Assembly (NCBI GenBank): GCA_029953675.1
Contig: JAMWBK010000009.1
Coordinates: forward strand, 1,612,001 to 1,676,000
Reading direction: 5' to 3'
DNA from: Rhodosorus marinus CCMP1338
Lineage: Eukaryota > Plantae > Rhodophyta
Length of the DNA: 64,000 bases
Shown here: one piece after another, positions 1 through 11,533 of the stretch
Position numbering within the stretch: the first letter of the stretch is position 1
Layout of the letters: each line of letters begins with the position of its first letter
Translations under genes and position numbers: made by a program
The notes under the pieces: model-generated
Told to the model about the DNA's origin: nothing
Seen by the model: the letters and a program-made list of their open reading frames with translations, nothing else
Databases searched by the model: none

Positions 1-28
1 CAGCTAGTACTTGTGTTGTGCTCTTCAG

Positions 29-3000
29 GTTGTCCCGGTCACTGTCGTGTCGGGAACTGATGACAACGCCAAGCGAGCTTTTATCGATCAACTTGTGACG
101 AGCCTGCCCAGCTTACGGATCTGCAGAGTATCATTGTCTAGCAGCAACGTTGCCCGTCAGAATGGCGAAGAAACCGCAGTGGGAGAGAGCTCCGCGGGGA
201 GCGATGGAGAGAACGGACCGGCGGCAGAGGGAGAAGTTGATGAAGTCGCAGAAGAGAACGGACATGCAGAACAAGAATCAGAGGTATGTCGTTGTTGCTT
301 CTGAGATATCCACGGGCTCATGTTCTTCTGTCGCTAAGTCGTGATGGTTTCATAACAGGCGCGGGTTCCCAGTGACACCGTAGTCGATTCCTGGCATCTC
401 TGCCAGTCATTACCAAGCGCGATGCAAGTATTAGAGACCGTGTCCCAATTGGACGGTTGTGATTATGTTATCCTTGAGACAGGTAGTGACGTGTCGGAAA
501 TGAAGGAAATTGCGTCGAAGATTACGATCCTTCAGACAGCACGAGTGGATGCGTTTGTAACTGTTGTGAACGCCGAAAACTTTCTGGATGATCTGAACAT
601 AAGCACAGAAGGGGACACGGTAAGTGCGCATGTTCCGTTTTCTGTAGCATACGTAGAGCTATGCAGAAAAGCTAAGAACCCTACTCGAGAAATAGTTTGC
701 AAAGACGGAGTCGCGAAGGAATTGCTAGGCACTGTGCTTGTTTCGGCTTCCTTAATTGTTTACTCACTCCCGCATGGACGCTTTGCAGGTAAATGAGACT
801 GGGGCTGGACAGAACTTGCAAAAGGCGACGAGCTTGGTGACGTACATCGAGAGTTCGAATATTATTATCCTTACTGCTCCAAACAAGACCGCGACGAACG
901 AGTCCTTGACCCATGTTGAAGGACTGATTCGAAGCCTGAACTCTACCGTAAACATCGTCGAACTGGTGGAGGCGAGCATACTTGCTGATGAGATTGTGAA
1001 TACGAACATGTTCGACATGGCAGCTTTTGGCACAGCCGCTTCCTGGAAACGAGTACTCGCTGTGAGTAAGGGTGCGTTTGCTTGAAAATATATTAGCTAC
1101 ACCTCAGCTGGGCTGCTTGTACACGTGCTAAAAACTACGAGTTCTTCCGAATCTGTTTTTCACGCTCGGTAGAGGCTGAAGCGGAAGAGAAAACTGTGAG
1201 ACCTCTAACCAAGGACCTCAAGGACTGCACCTTTTTGTATCAAGGCAAGAGACCTTTCCATCCGCAAAGGTTTTACGATAACATAAAAGACATGAGGACA
1301 TTTGCTGGAGTCATCAGGTCAATAGGTGAGTTGCGAAGGAATTTCAGGGGAAGGATGTTCCCTCCTTACGGATCGAGTTCAGATGAGACCTTGCAGAAAT
1401 CGCTGAGTTGCTAAGTTTTTCTCGCATTGAACAGGGCAACTGTGGCTAGCCACGCGGATGAACTATCCTCTTGCATGGAATCAGGCCGGGGGGACGATAG
1501 CACTTAAGCAAGGCGAGCGATTCTGGGCCTCCGTCCCGGAAGAGAAGTGGCCAGGTGAGATTAGGGATCTTGTACTTGCGAGATGGGACGAAAGGTACGA
1601 ATGCTGCGTTGATACTTGCGCAACACCCATGCCCCGTGTGGGTTAGGCTATGACCTTGCTGATGGATAGAATGCTCTTGACGCACGAAGGTTTGGTGACA
1701 GGGAGACGGAGATTGTGTTCGTTGGGAGAAACATAGACAAGCAGAAGCTGCAAGGACTCCTGGATAGTTGCCTTCTCCAAGATGAAGAGATGGTGTTCGA
1801 AAAGGCCTGGGAAAGCTTTGACGATCCGTTTGTGAACTTCGTACCACCGGAGGATGATATTGTTCCGATCGACGAAGAGGAACCGGAAGAATTCGACCAC
1901 ACTGCCGACTCCGAGGAAGCGGCTAAAGAAGTCCCGCAAACTAGCGATGATCCTCGTCCTGAAGTTACGGAGTCCGATCCATCTATTCAGGCGAGAGCTG
2001 AGTCGGACGGAGAAACGGAGGATGCGAACATAGCGGAGGAGCTGTCGGGCTCTAACCCGCGGAGTGAAGAGGGTTCGTGCTGACGCACGTACACGTTGGG
2101 GACTCGCACATCGAGCTCTTCCAAAATTTCTGTTGGTCCGCCTATCCTGACCCAAAGGTAATGGTCTTATCGTTTACACAGGAATTGTTGAAGACGTGTC
2201 ATCGGTGCCCCTGGAATTGTTGGAACGCATTTCGGAGTTGGACTTGCGGAAAGCCGAGTCCGACCTCCGCTTGAATCCACCCAGAAAGGAGTACGATGCT
2301 TCAGATGTTGTCATTGCGTCGGGGGATCAGCGCGTAGCGGATGATATCTTGAGACAGATTCCTAACCGAGGATTAGCTGTGACTGTGGTCACTGGTTTTC
2401 TCGGGGCTGGGAAGACTAGCCTAATTAACTATATTCTAACTCAGGTGAGCTGCGGCAATTGCGACCGTCGCTTGACTTTTACGAGTCTACTTAACAAGGC
2501 TCAATTCTCCGGCTTTTCTCTGCATCGAAAAGAATCATGGCATGAAGATTGCAGTACTAGTGAACGAGTTTGGCGAGATTGACATAGACAGTCAGCTCGT
2601 TGAAACGGAATGGGCTGATGACGACGCGATCCTGCTGAACAATGGATGTATTTGCTGTACTATTAATGACTCTTTCCTCGAAGCCGTCTATCGAGTACTG
2701 AGAAAGTCTTCAATGGTGAGGCGACTTTGGAGTTTTGCGGATCGGAAAAGGAGCCAGCTCGGCGCCTTGGTTGCTGATTGTACAATCGGTTCATACGTGA
2801 CTAGGTGGACTACTTGATTGTGGAGACTACTGGAGTTGCGGACCCGGTACCGATAGTTAACTCTCTTATGACGACGGACTTGGAGGAACTGGTATATGTG
2901 GATAGTATTGTCACGCTGGTCGATGCAGAACATTATGATCCTAGGACTCACATGAACAGCGATGCTGCTCTAAGCCAAGTTGCAGTTGCAGATATTGTAC

Positions 3001-3858
3001 GACTTCCCTACAGGGTCTGGAGCTGGATTGAACTTCTCTTTCTCACAGCGACCGTTTGTCCTCCAATCGCAGATTTTGCTGTCGAAAACTGACATCGCTT
3101 CGGAGGAGAAGGTGGAGAGCGTTGTTAAGAGCATCAACGATTTAAGGCCAGGAGCGAGGATATTGAAGAGCCAACACGGCGCCGTTCCTCTCGAAATGAT
3201 CCTGGACGTAAAACCGAAGGCTGTGTCTGAAGCTTCGGAAGTGGCGGGGAAAGTGCTTGCGGTGTACGAAGACGAGGGCCTTGATCATAGCGATTGCGAC
3301 CATGAGCATGGCCAAAGCAACCATGACCACGACCATGACCACGACCATGACGATGATTTCGATCATAACGACGAGTCGAAACCGACCCACTTTGAAACCG
3401 ACGGTTTCATGTCTACATCATTTCAGTGAGTCTGCACGGGCAGCGAGAAATTCAAGAACGAGTTTGAGCGATGGCAGCGAAGATTGACTTTCGTAATACG
3501 TGCGAATTGCGCTTAGGACATTGGAACCGTTTGATCTGGACCTGTTCTTTGCCCGGTTTCTTGACTGCTTGCCTCCTGGTGTGTTCAGATCTAAGGGCCT
3601 CTTGTATTTCAAGGGGTATCCAAAGCGCTATGTTTTCCAACTCTCGGGCAGAAGGTATCAGTTCGAGGAGGACGACTGGCCAGAGGATGTTGGGCAAAGC
3701 AACCAGGTAAGTTTTCCTTCGAGACTAGTTCTGTCAAGCACAAAACCGACGAAAGACTCAAGTTCGAGCTGGTTTCGCAGGTTGTGGTGATAGGAAGGGA
3801 TTTGGACATTGAACAGCTCAAGGGAATGCTCGAATCATGTCGTGCTAGTGCGGCATAA
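29..3858 (+). CDS. Tandem COG0523 (CobW/P47K, G3E family) metallochaperone GTPase fusion, multi-exon, 5' end outside window: degenerate YciC-like module + acidic linker + intact CobW/YjiA-like module
   Basis: Module 1 (29-2072): VPVTVVSG, DYVILET, VDAFVTVV, RPFHPQRF, GQLWLATR..WNQAG..FWASVP..WP..WDERFGDRETEIVFVG..LDSCLL (CobW_C). Module 2 (about 2350-3858): VTVVTGFLGAGKT, IAVLVNEFGEIDID, GCICC, ETTGVADP, SKTD, His-rich HDHDHDHD linker, RSKG..FQLSGRR. An in-frame GT-AG intron at 2073-2157 joins them. Confidence 0.88.
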
Positions 3859-4036
3859 TGGCCGGGGAGAAGTTGGTTGATACTGAAACAGGACAAGTAA
3901 TTAAATGGTTGTACGCGAGTATTCGCAAGTTAAGTTTGTTGTTGAGCATGGTGTTAAAAGTTCTACATTGATCAGATGCTGTTGTTCCAGCGTTGCGGAA
4001 GTTTTGGAACCCTCGATTCACGGGCGTTCCTCTCAC

Positions 4037-4147
4037 ACTCCGCTAAAGAACACAAAAAAAAACCGTTTGCTGGAGAACAGGGAGAGCTTCCTTCGACTCC
4101 GCTAAAGAACACAAAAATTCCCCCGTTTGCTGGAGAACAGGGAGAGC
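4037..4147. repeat. Imperfect tandem duplication (about 60-bp period) between the convergent CobW and Pta 3' ends
   Basis: ACTCCGCTAAAGAACACAAAAA...CCGTTTGCTGGAGAACAGGGAGAGC occurs at 4037-4087 and 4096-4147. Confidence 0.85.
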
Positions 4148-4235
4148 GCTGTTCCCATACTCAGAAGTTCCTTCGAACCGGTTCCCATTAAGAGGGTTGT
4201 CCTTTCCAGCTGTATAGGAGCGAAAGATCTGGAAG

Positions 4236-7200
4236 CTACTTGGGGGTCAACGCCGAGGTGATTGCTATGGTGTTGACCACGTCCTGGACGGTTGCTCCAC
4301 GTGGGAGATCCGCGACAGGATGATCCATACCGAGTACAAGGGGACCAATAGCAGTAGCTTTGGTCGACTGCTGGACTGCCTTATACGTATTATTACCTGT
4401 GTTCAGGTCCGGGAAAATGAGAACATTAGCCCGCCCAGCAACACCATAGTTTTCACCCTTGACTTTCGTTTTCGCGACACTCGGGTTGACAGCAGCATCA
4501 TACTGGGTGGGTCCAAAAATTGGTACATTCGGTCTCTTCTCCCGCGCGAGTTTTGCGGCGGCCGTTACCTACGGAAAGGACACAACTTTTGAGACTGAGC
4601 TCTCCAATAAGCGGTTTGCGTTCCCGGCGGAGTTTCGCACGTCTAATGATTGCGGAGAATCTGGATAATCGGCTCGCCTACCTTTTCAATTTCAGGACCT
4701 TTGTTGCTGTCCCCAGTTGCGTAAGAAAGCATCGCAACCCTCGGCCGGAGGCCAACCCTTTCAGCTACATCGGAAGCACGGATAGCAATTTCCGACAACA
4801 ACGTTGAATCAGGATTTGCGTTCAGAGCGCAGTCCGCATAAATGAGGACTTCCTTATCCAGGCACATGAAGAACACTGAGGTCAGGTACTTTCCTGGTTT
4901 TAACATCAACTTCTTCGACGATAAAATCTGAGAAAAGAACCAGTCGAAAGGAAGGATTTTAGATTCTCTCGACAGCTAAGGTTCCTGACTTGTGTGCAAC
5001 GAAATTGAAAGTGCATCACGCTACCGTTCCCCTGGTCGGACGGTTGATTCCGCCAACAAATCCATCCGCATCCCCGTTCTTAACCATCATGGCTCCGTAC
5101 CAGTACGGATCCAAAAGTGTTTCACCAGCGATTTCCTCCGGAGTAGCAGGCCAGTACAGACTCTTATCAAAAATGTCCGCGTACTCGTCAAACTGGAAGG
5201 GGGGGGACAAGGACGCTCTATTCGTTCAATACCTCGCATGTAGTGTCGTCCTTTCGCAATCATCTACCTTGGGGCTCGTATGCGGATTTACAATCTCTAT
5301 GCCTCTGCTTTGCAGGCCAAGAGAAGCTATCCGCAGATTGATACCGTCAACATCCCCAAGCAATGTAAGTCGTGCGAGTTGCCGACGACACACTTCGTCG
5401 GCTGCCAACAGGATTCTATCGTCATTGACCTCGGGTACTACAATGTGGGCCTCCTTCTGCCTCGCAAGGGAGTTGACCTGGTGAAGGAACATCTTAACGG
5501 AAATGTGCTCCAGGGGTTTCTGTACGCCTGAGAGGAGTTTGTCCGTGTTGACATTCTCGTTGAACAATTTGATTGATCTTTCCACCTTCAAAATAGACAC
5601 GAGTCTCGTTCAGATTATTTAGACAGCTGAACTTTTAAGCTTGCTCAGGTCGGGCCAAGCGCGTACTTTGCCTGAGTACGCGGTCATTTTCGTTGGTAGC
5701 TGCTCCAAACGATCCACCAGCTCGAGCGGTTCGATATCTGTTTCCAGAACTGGTACCTTCATGAGCGCCATGAGAGCTGGTGTATCGCTTATCGTTTTTA
5801 GTGTGCGTTCTGTGATGTCACTACTCGACTTGCCGCTCAGAATTATCCCTCCAAGCACGCCACCTAGAATCGCGCAGAGGTCTTAGTCAATCAGCCGCTC
5901 AGTGGATACCTCCATGTCAACCTGTGCTTGCCAGTTCTTCTCGTGCTGACTTACCATATTTTCTCGTTGCGTTCAAAGAGGTGATGGCAAGAACAATGTC
6001 CACTCGGTCTTTGGCGGTAATGAGCAGAAACTTGGGAGGTGTGCCTTCTAAATCAGACTCAATCACAAACCCGTCCATATCCGCATCTATTTGATCGACC
6101 ATTGCAATAATCATTTCTTCTCTGAAGGTTGGATGCAGCAAGCTGATAGCCTCTGCAACCCGATCATTTGGCAACCTGTGATCTACGAAGAGACGGGTAC
6201 ATCCAGTTTGTGGGCATGGTAAGTCTTCTCGTTACCATCTTCAGTCGAGAGACGAGCAACGTGGGAGAACTATCCCGTTCGTACCAGGACCCTGCGCTAT
6301 CTGTTCCGTGATCATCTTCTTCAGTTCTGCCCTACTTCGATCTATCGCAACCACTGGATTGTTCTCCACTCTATCGATCATCGTATCGATTCGCTCTGAT
6401 ACGATTCTGAGATCATCTAGGAGCAGAGGTACGTCCATGCCTTTCCCCTCTCCAAAGACCAAGTTGGCTTCCAAGCCCTCCAGGATATCGCGGAACATTA
6501 TCGAACGTAGGTAGCCATCCAGCGGAATCGAACCAAGGATTGGGACCTTGGTCGCTTTTTCAACGTTGGCCTTCTCAACATCAAAGTCTGGTGCAGCACT
6601 CGGATAGCGGTTAAGGATCACTCCAAGTATGTCCGGGTTGTGTTGCTGTAGCACAAGCAGCCTTTCCGATAGCAATCGAAATTTAGTGCGCAAATCTAGC
6701 ATGTTATCAGAAAAAGAGTTCCAGCGTCTGATTTTAGGTTTCCAAGCATGTGTTGATGGGAGCCGGTGGTACCTTACCATCAGATTCAGCAATAGAAGAA
6801 TTATCTCTGCCATCGCTTACTAGTACCACGGACGCGCCGATGGCGTTTGCACAGTTCATGTTGATCTCATTATTGAGCTCCTCACTAAAGTTTGTGCTGT
6901 TGTAGCCCTCGACTACAACAAAATCGTAGTCTTTTCGGAACTCGGAGAATCTACTAGCAACCATTTCATTGAGAGTTTCGAAATCTTTCTTGTTCACCAG
7001 CCTAATCGCTTCCTCGACGCTGCATCCATTCTGGACGCCGGTGTCGAAAATTGTTTCCACAAGGCCCGTGTGCGTTTCCTTCAAAACATCAAGAACACAT
7101 GAATCAGAGCGTCGACCATTGCCAATTCCCTTGTGAGCTTGGATAGCCTATTACCGTCGGCGCACGTGAAGCGTGCTCGATTACTCGAAAGTAGCCAACA

Positions 7201-7403
7201 GACCGCTGCTTGGTCTCCATGAGTTTCATAGTCCCCAGAAGAACTGGGACAGTATTGCATCTTGTAGACGATGGCTGGAGGAATATTGAATTCCTCCCCG
7301 TCGAACCAGCAAACTCATCAGTAGAGTAACAACGACGACGAATCGTCGGAGTGAGCCGGATTTCCGTCAACCGCCAACGACCAAGCCAACGAAGGCCGAT
7401 CAT
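4236..7403 (-). CDS. pta: Long-form phosphate acetyltransferase homolog (BioD-like N-domain, DRTGG-like region, PTA_PTB domain), multi-exon, probable mitochondrial presequence, active site degenerate
   Basis: ATG at 7403 with Arg-rich MIGLRWLGRWRLTEIRLTPTIRRRCYS. SVGYFRVI; DYDFVVVEG; GDADG; SVFFMCL..YADCA; RVAMLSYATG; QYDAAV; VLIFPDLNTGNNTYKAVQQS; TAG at 4236-4238. Confidence 0.9.
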
Positions 7404-7943
7404 CTTCGATACCAGCGATTGTAATTCAATCCTACAGTTTTTCCATCGAGTCCAGTTATTTTAAAAAAAATCAGCCTATAAGTTATTACTCGCCGACTCA
7501 CCACAACCTGTTTCAACATCGATGACTTCTTCTCCCCAAAGCCACGGATCATTCCCTTCCCCACCAATGTTTACCAAAATCGATCCATTCTGGTTTAACG
7601 GAAAATACCGGAATCTTGATACCCCAATGAGATTCTTGTTTGACCCGTTGTCACTTCACAGGATTCTCGAAGAAGATTGTGTGTCCTGAGAATCGCGGGT
7701 TGTTCCTTTTTTACGACCTGCAAGTGGTTAAGCCCACGCGAAAACGGGGGGCGGGGGGTTTATGGAGAGGTTGGGAAATAAGTGGGCAATAGAGGTGGGC
7801 AATAGGCGATTGCAGTGCGTCCATCGAACATTTGGTCAGGTGGGCAGTGGAATTTTAACGAATATCGCGGGCTTTTAGTGGGCAACGCAAAAAGGCTCTT
7901 CTGCTTGCCTTTCCTTTCTTCATGGGCAGACAAAAAGTCAGTT

Positions 7944-8295
7944 ATGTCCGCTCCCTCGCGCTTTCCGCTTTTCGAAGCGGCGCTCGAACAGGCAGACTCT
8001 GGCGGTGAAGCGGATCTCCAGCGGGCCGCGGTGAGCGTCCCCTGCGATCATGTACCGATCGCACCTCTGCAGGTGCCTCTTGAGGCGTTCCAGTTTGTGC
8101 TTACCGGTAGGTCGAAATGCTTGCTGATCAGCATAGTCTTGATCTCGTCGTGCCGCGGATTTTGCCGCGTTGGCATCCGGAAGTTTTCCGGCCATTGCAG
8201 TGTGGCGTTATTCCTTTGTTCTTGCCATCTGTCGTAGTAGTTCTGATTCCTGGGACGATTTATCAACCACCTCAAGATCACATGTATTCAATTGA
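7944..8295 (+). CDS. Hypothetical small spliced protein, divergent from pta
   Basis: ATG at 7944 after a G-rich leader (7741-7810), MSAPSRFPLFEAALEQADSGGEADLQRAA, good donors GTGAGC (8031) and GTAGGT (8107). No recognised domain. Confidence 0.3.
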
Positions 8296-11200
8296 AAGGA
8301 GCATACAGTCCTCTCTTTGACAGCAGAGTATGTCAAACCATAGCCATCGGCACATTCACATTTGCAAATTTTCCGCGATTCCCGGCACTCACAGAATATA
8401 TTCAAACACGCAAGAAAAATATATGCAAACTTTATGACCAATAGAAGAGGCCTCAGGTTCACATCCACCATTCATAATCCCTTAAGAAACCCCAAATCCT
8501 TATCATTGGTAACCATTGCTCTAATAAAAGTATAAAAATAGACTATCATTCGAAATACTACTTTATACAAATTAATCTTTTCATTTTATCCAATGAATTA
8601 TCGTAAGTATATCCATTAACCAATCATTGAATTGTCCACAAATTCAGAACGGGTCCTACCCAAGATGGGCTCTAGTTTCCACGGCATAGTCGATTCTGTG
8701 CAATGAACAAGGGTTTGGAACGCGTTTTGATGTGGGTGTGGCGGACAGGGTCAACAGATACCACCTCCCGGTTGGAGTAAAGTTCTCGTTTCTACTTGGC
8801 ATGGGCAAGAGCAATTGTGAAATATTGTTTAGCTATTTTCGCGGGCCGGGCTGGCATTTCATGTCATGTGCAGCCCTACTAATAGGGTTTCCGATCACTA
8901 CGCTCCTGGTCAGAGTCGAATGTGAGAAAGATTCATGCTACCTACCTTTGGCTTTGATCTGGAGGGTGTAGGGGATTCTTATAGGTGGGCTTGATAATAA
9001 GGTGAAGCGGAGCAGAAACTGGTCTGCTCTCGAACGAGTTGCGAAGGTATTCCATTGTACGCTTGTTAATTTTTTGGTCTGTGATGCTGCTTGGTGTCAT
9101 GTCTGGCCTCACCTGACTGTAGAAGTTCCAAGAGCCGCTGTGAGTCTCCTGTGCTCGAGTTTTGCATGATGAGAAAAATCAAGTACGCCGTTAGTGCATA
9201 CTCGGTGCAGTGGGACCGTGCGTCCAAAGGTGGCGTCTGCGTTTGAATTTCCTTGCGCTACTTGCTCCGGTACAATGAATCAAATTCATTTTAGAAATAG
9301 AAACACGTCCGTTCCGTTGGGCCTCAATACCAACGTCGACGGTTTCAGTGGTTGTACAAGCTCCCTTGTCAACAACACACCCTGTGCCTTTCAATTCGCA
9401 TATAGGAGGTGACTCCAATAAATACGCACCGAAGTCGAGGCATGGCAGATCGGGATAAAAAGCTCAAAAGAGGTTCAAGCTGGGGGGGTTCGACCGCGTG
9501 GCGGTCAATTGCAAGCCGGAAACGAAACTGTCTTCATTTGCTCGTCTGAAAGAATGAAGAAAATCGTTAAGATGCTTGAAGACATGAATGGACAAGAGAG
9601 GTGTGGACCCCAGTTTAGACCATAACCCGTTCAAGAGAACGCTACTTTTCTCATTCATGAATCTGCTCTACCGAAACCAGTCAAACCCGTCGTACAAGAG
9701 GGAAGTTGCCCGTCTTCCTAACAACAAGACCTAAACTCAACCTTGGCATCTCCAACGATTGGAAGACCCGGAGAGGATAGACATGGCAAAAAAACCATCA
9801 ACCAGTCCAAATCAAAATCGATTTCCACCTTTATTTCATACTCCGATTATAACACATCCTCTAGGCCGGCGGGACACAACTCAAAAGAGTCCCCTTCCCC
9901 CACCCACCAACTCTCGGTGGCCATCAAAAATCTAATGACCCTTTTCCTGCATGAAAAAAACTACAAAAAGAAGCCAATTCCCGAGAGGAGGGAGGCGGTT
10001 TTTCCTCCTTTTTCAGAATTTATTTTGAATATTCAATGTTTGTACCAAAAAAGGAAGAAAACTGGATACATAAAAGTAAACTTTATTTTCGATTCTCCGT
10101 GTAATTCTCCTGACTGGTTTGGGTACTGATCCTACCCCTGGGTTTTTCAGTATTAGAATGAAGTATTGAATAATTTTCCTTTTTCGCAAGGATAAGTAAT
10201 CGGAGTCATAGTCGTGATCTTACCCCTTGAATATGTTGTTTGGGGAGAGACCCCTGGTAGTTGTAAGATTTCCGTTCCGCTGTCGAGCGGTTTTCGCTCG
10301 ATTGGGTTTTTGGGAAACGCGGTGGCGGAATATTGCGGTTGCTCGTTTATCAGCGACAAGCGTGTTAAATCGGGTGAGGGAGGAGCTTGAAAAATGCGGT
10401 AGGGGGTTGGGAGAGGCGGGACACGAGACAATACAAAGCACTTCTAAGGCTGTACTCTTCCTCATCAAATTGCGTAAAATCTTTTTGGGATTTGAGGTTT
10501 CTGTTTCCTTTCCCCGATCATCATCGTCTCTGAATGGTTAGTTGAACACATGCGCTTACTCTCGTTAAAGATAAGAAGATATGGCGAGCTAGAGCGTGTG
10601 GTAATATTATAGATCAGACTCTCTAGCCTTTGGAAACCAAATCAAAAGGCAACAAAGTCACTTCCGCAGTAGGCCTTTGTCGCCCCCGCCCGTTGGCTCG
10701 ATGGCAAATCCGTTTCGTCTAAAAGGCAAGAGCTATCCAGTTAAAATATCTGTTGAATATCTATGCAAGTTACGTATGAACGTACGTAATTGGCTAAAAA
10801 TCCAACTTGAACGAATCATATCCTCCTGAGTTCTACAGCTCTTCCTACTGGATAAACAACCTACAAAATATCCAATTATCAATAAGTACCCCTTCTATTT
10901 CAATACTTCAAGAAAATTATCATACTCGTTTTCTACGGGGAGGTGCCATGCACACCTCCCCGACAAACAAAATACAAAAAACAATGAAAATACCAATATA
11001 ATTCATCGATCCTCATCTATTTACGAGGGGTAAAAGAGATGGCCAAAACACTTACCCCTGAGATTTTTTGTCTTCGGAGTATTTCATTTGGTAGTAGTTT
11101 TGTGGAGACAATTTTTGCTTCAGCCTAAATTTTTTTATTTTGAAATAGGAGGGAAGCGTTTTGCTTCGTCGACGATTAAGATTTACACCCCCCTTTGTAA

Positions 11201-11533
11201 ATGATGAGGATTCAAATAACATGGATGAAGGCGGAATGGAACTCTTGTAGGAATATCATTGAAGTTAACAGTCTTCTTGTGCACGTTGGGATAGAGCGCT
11301 GCGAAGAGGGGGGGGGGGAGGAAACGGTTCGTTTGGTGAAGGGAGTGGAGTGTTGAAAGGATAAGAGTTGCTGGTTGTGGACAGGTGCGGTGGGGATTTG
11401 TAGTATTTGCGTGGTAGAGGGAGAGAACTAGAGGATCACTTCGGTGGGAAGAATGAGGTTAGAGAAGTTGGGGAGTTGAAAAAAAGTATCTCCTGAAATG
11501 AGTAGTAGGGGGCTTGTTGAGGTTGCTCACGAA

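Noticed and set aside
2077-2200. Separate start for a second, stand-alone CobW gene
   Set aside because: No ATG or G/T-rich leader in front of module 2, and an in-frame intron with a branch point links it to module 1.
3090-3105. SKTD instead of NKxD in G4 of CobW module 2 as a sign of inactivity
   Set aside because: SKxD occurs in functional COG0523 members, and all other motifs are intact.
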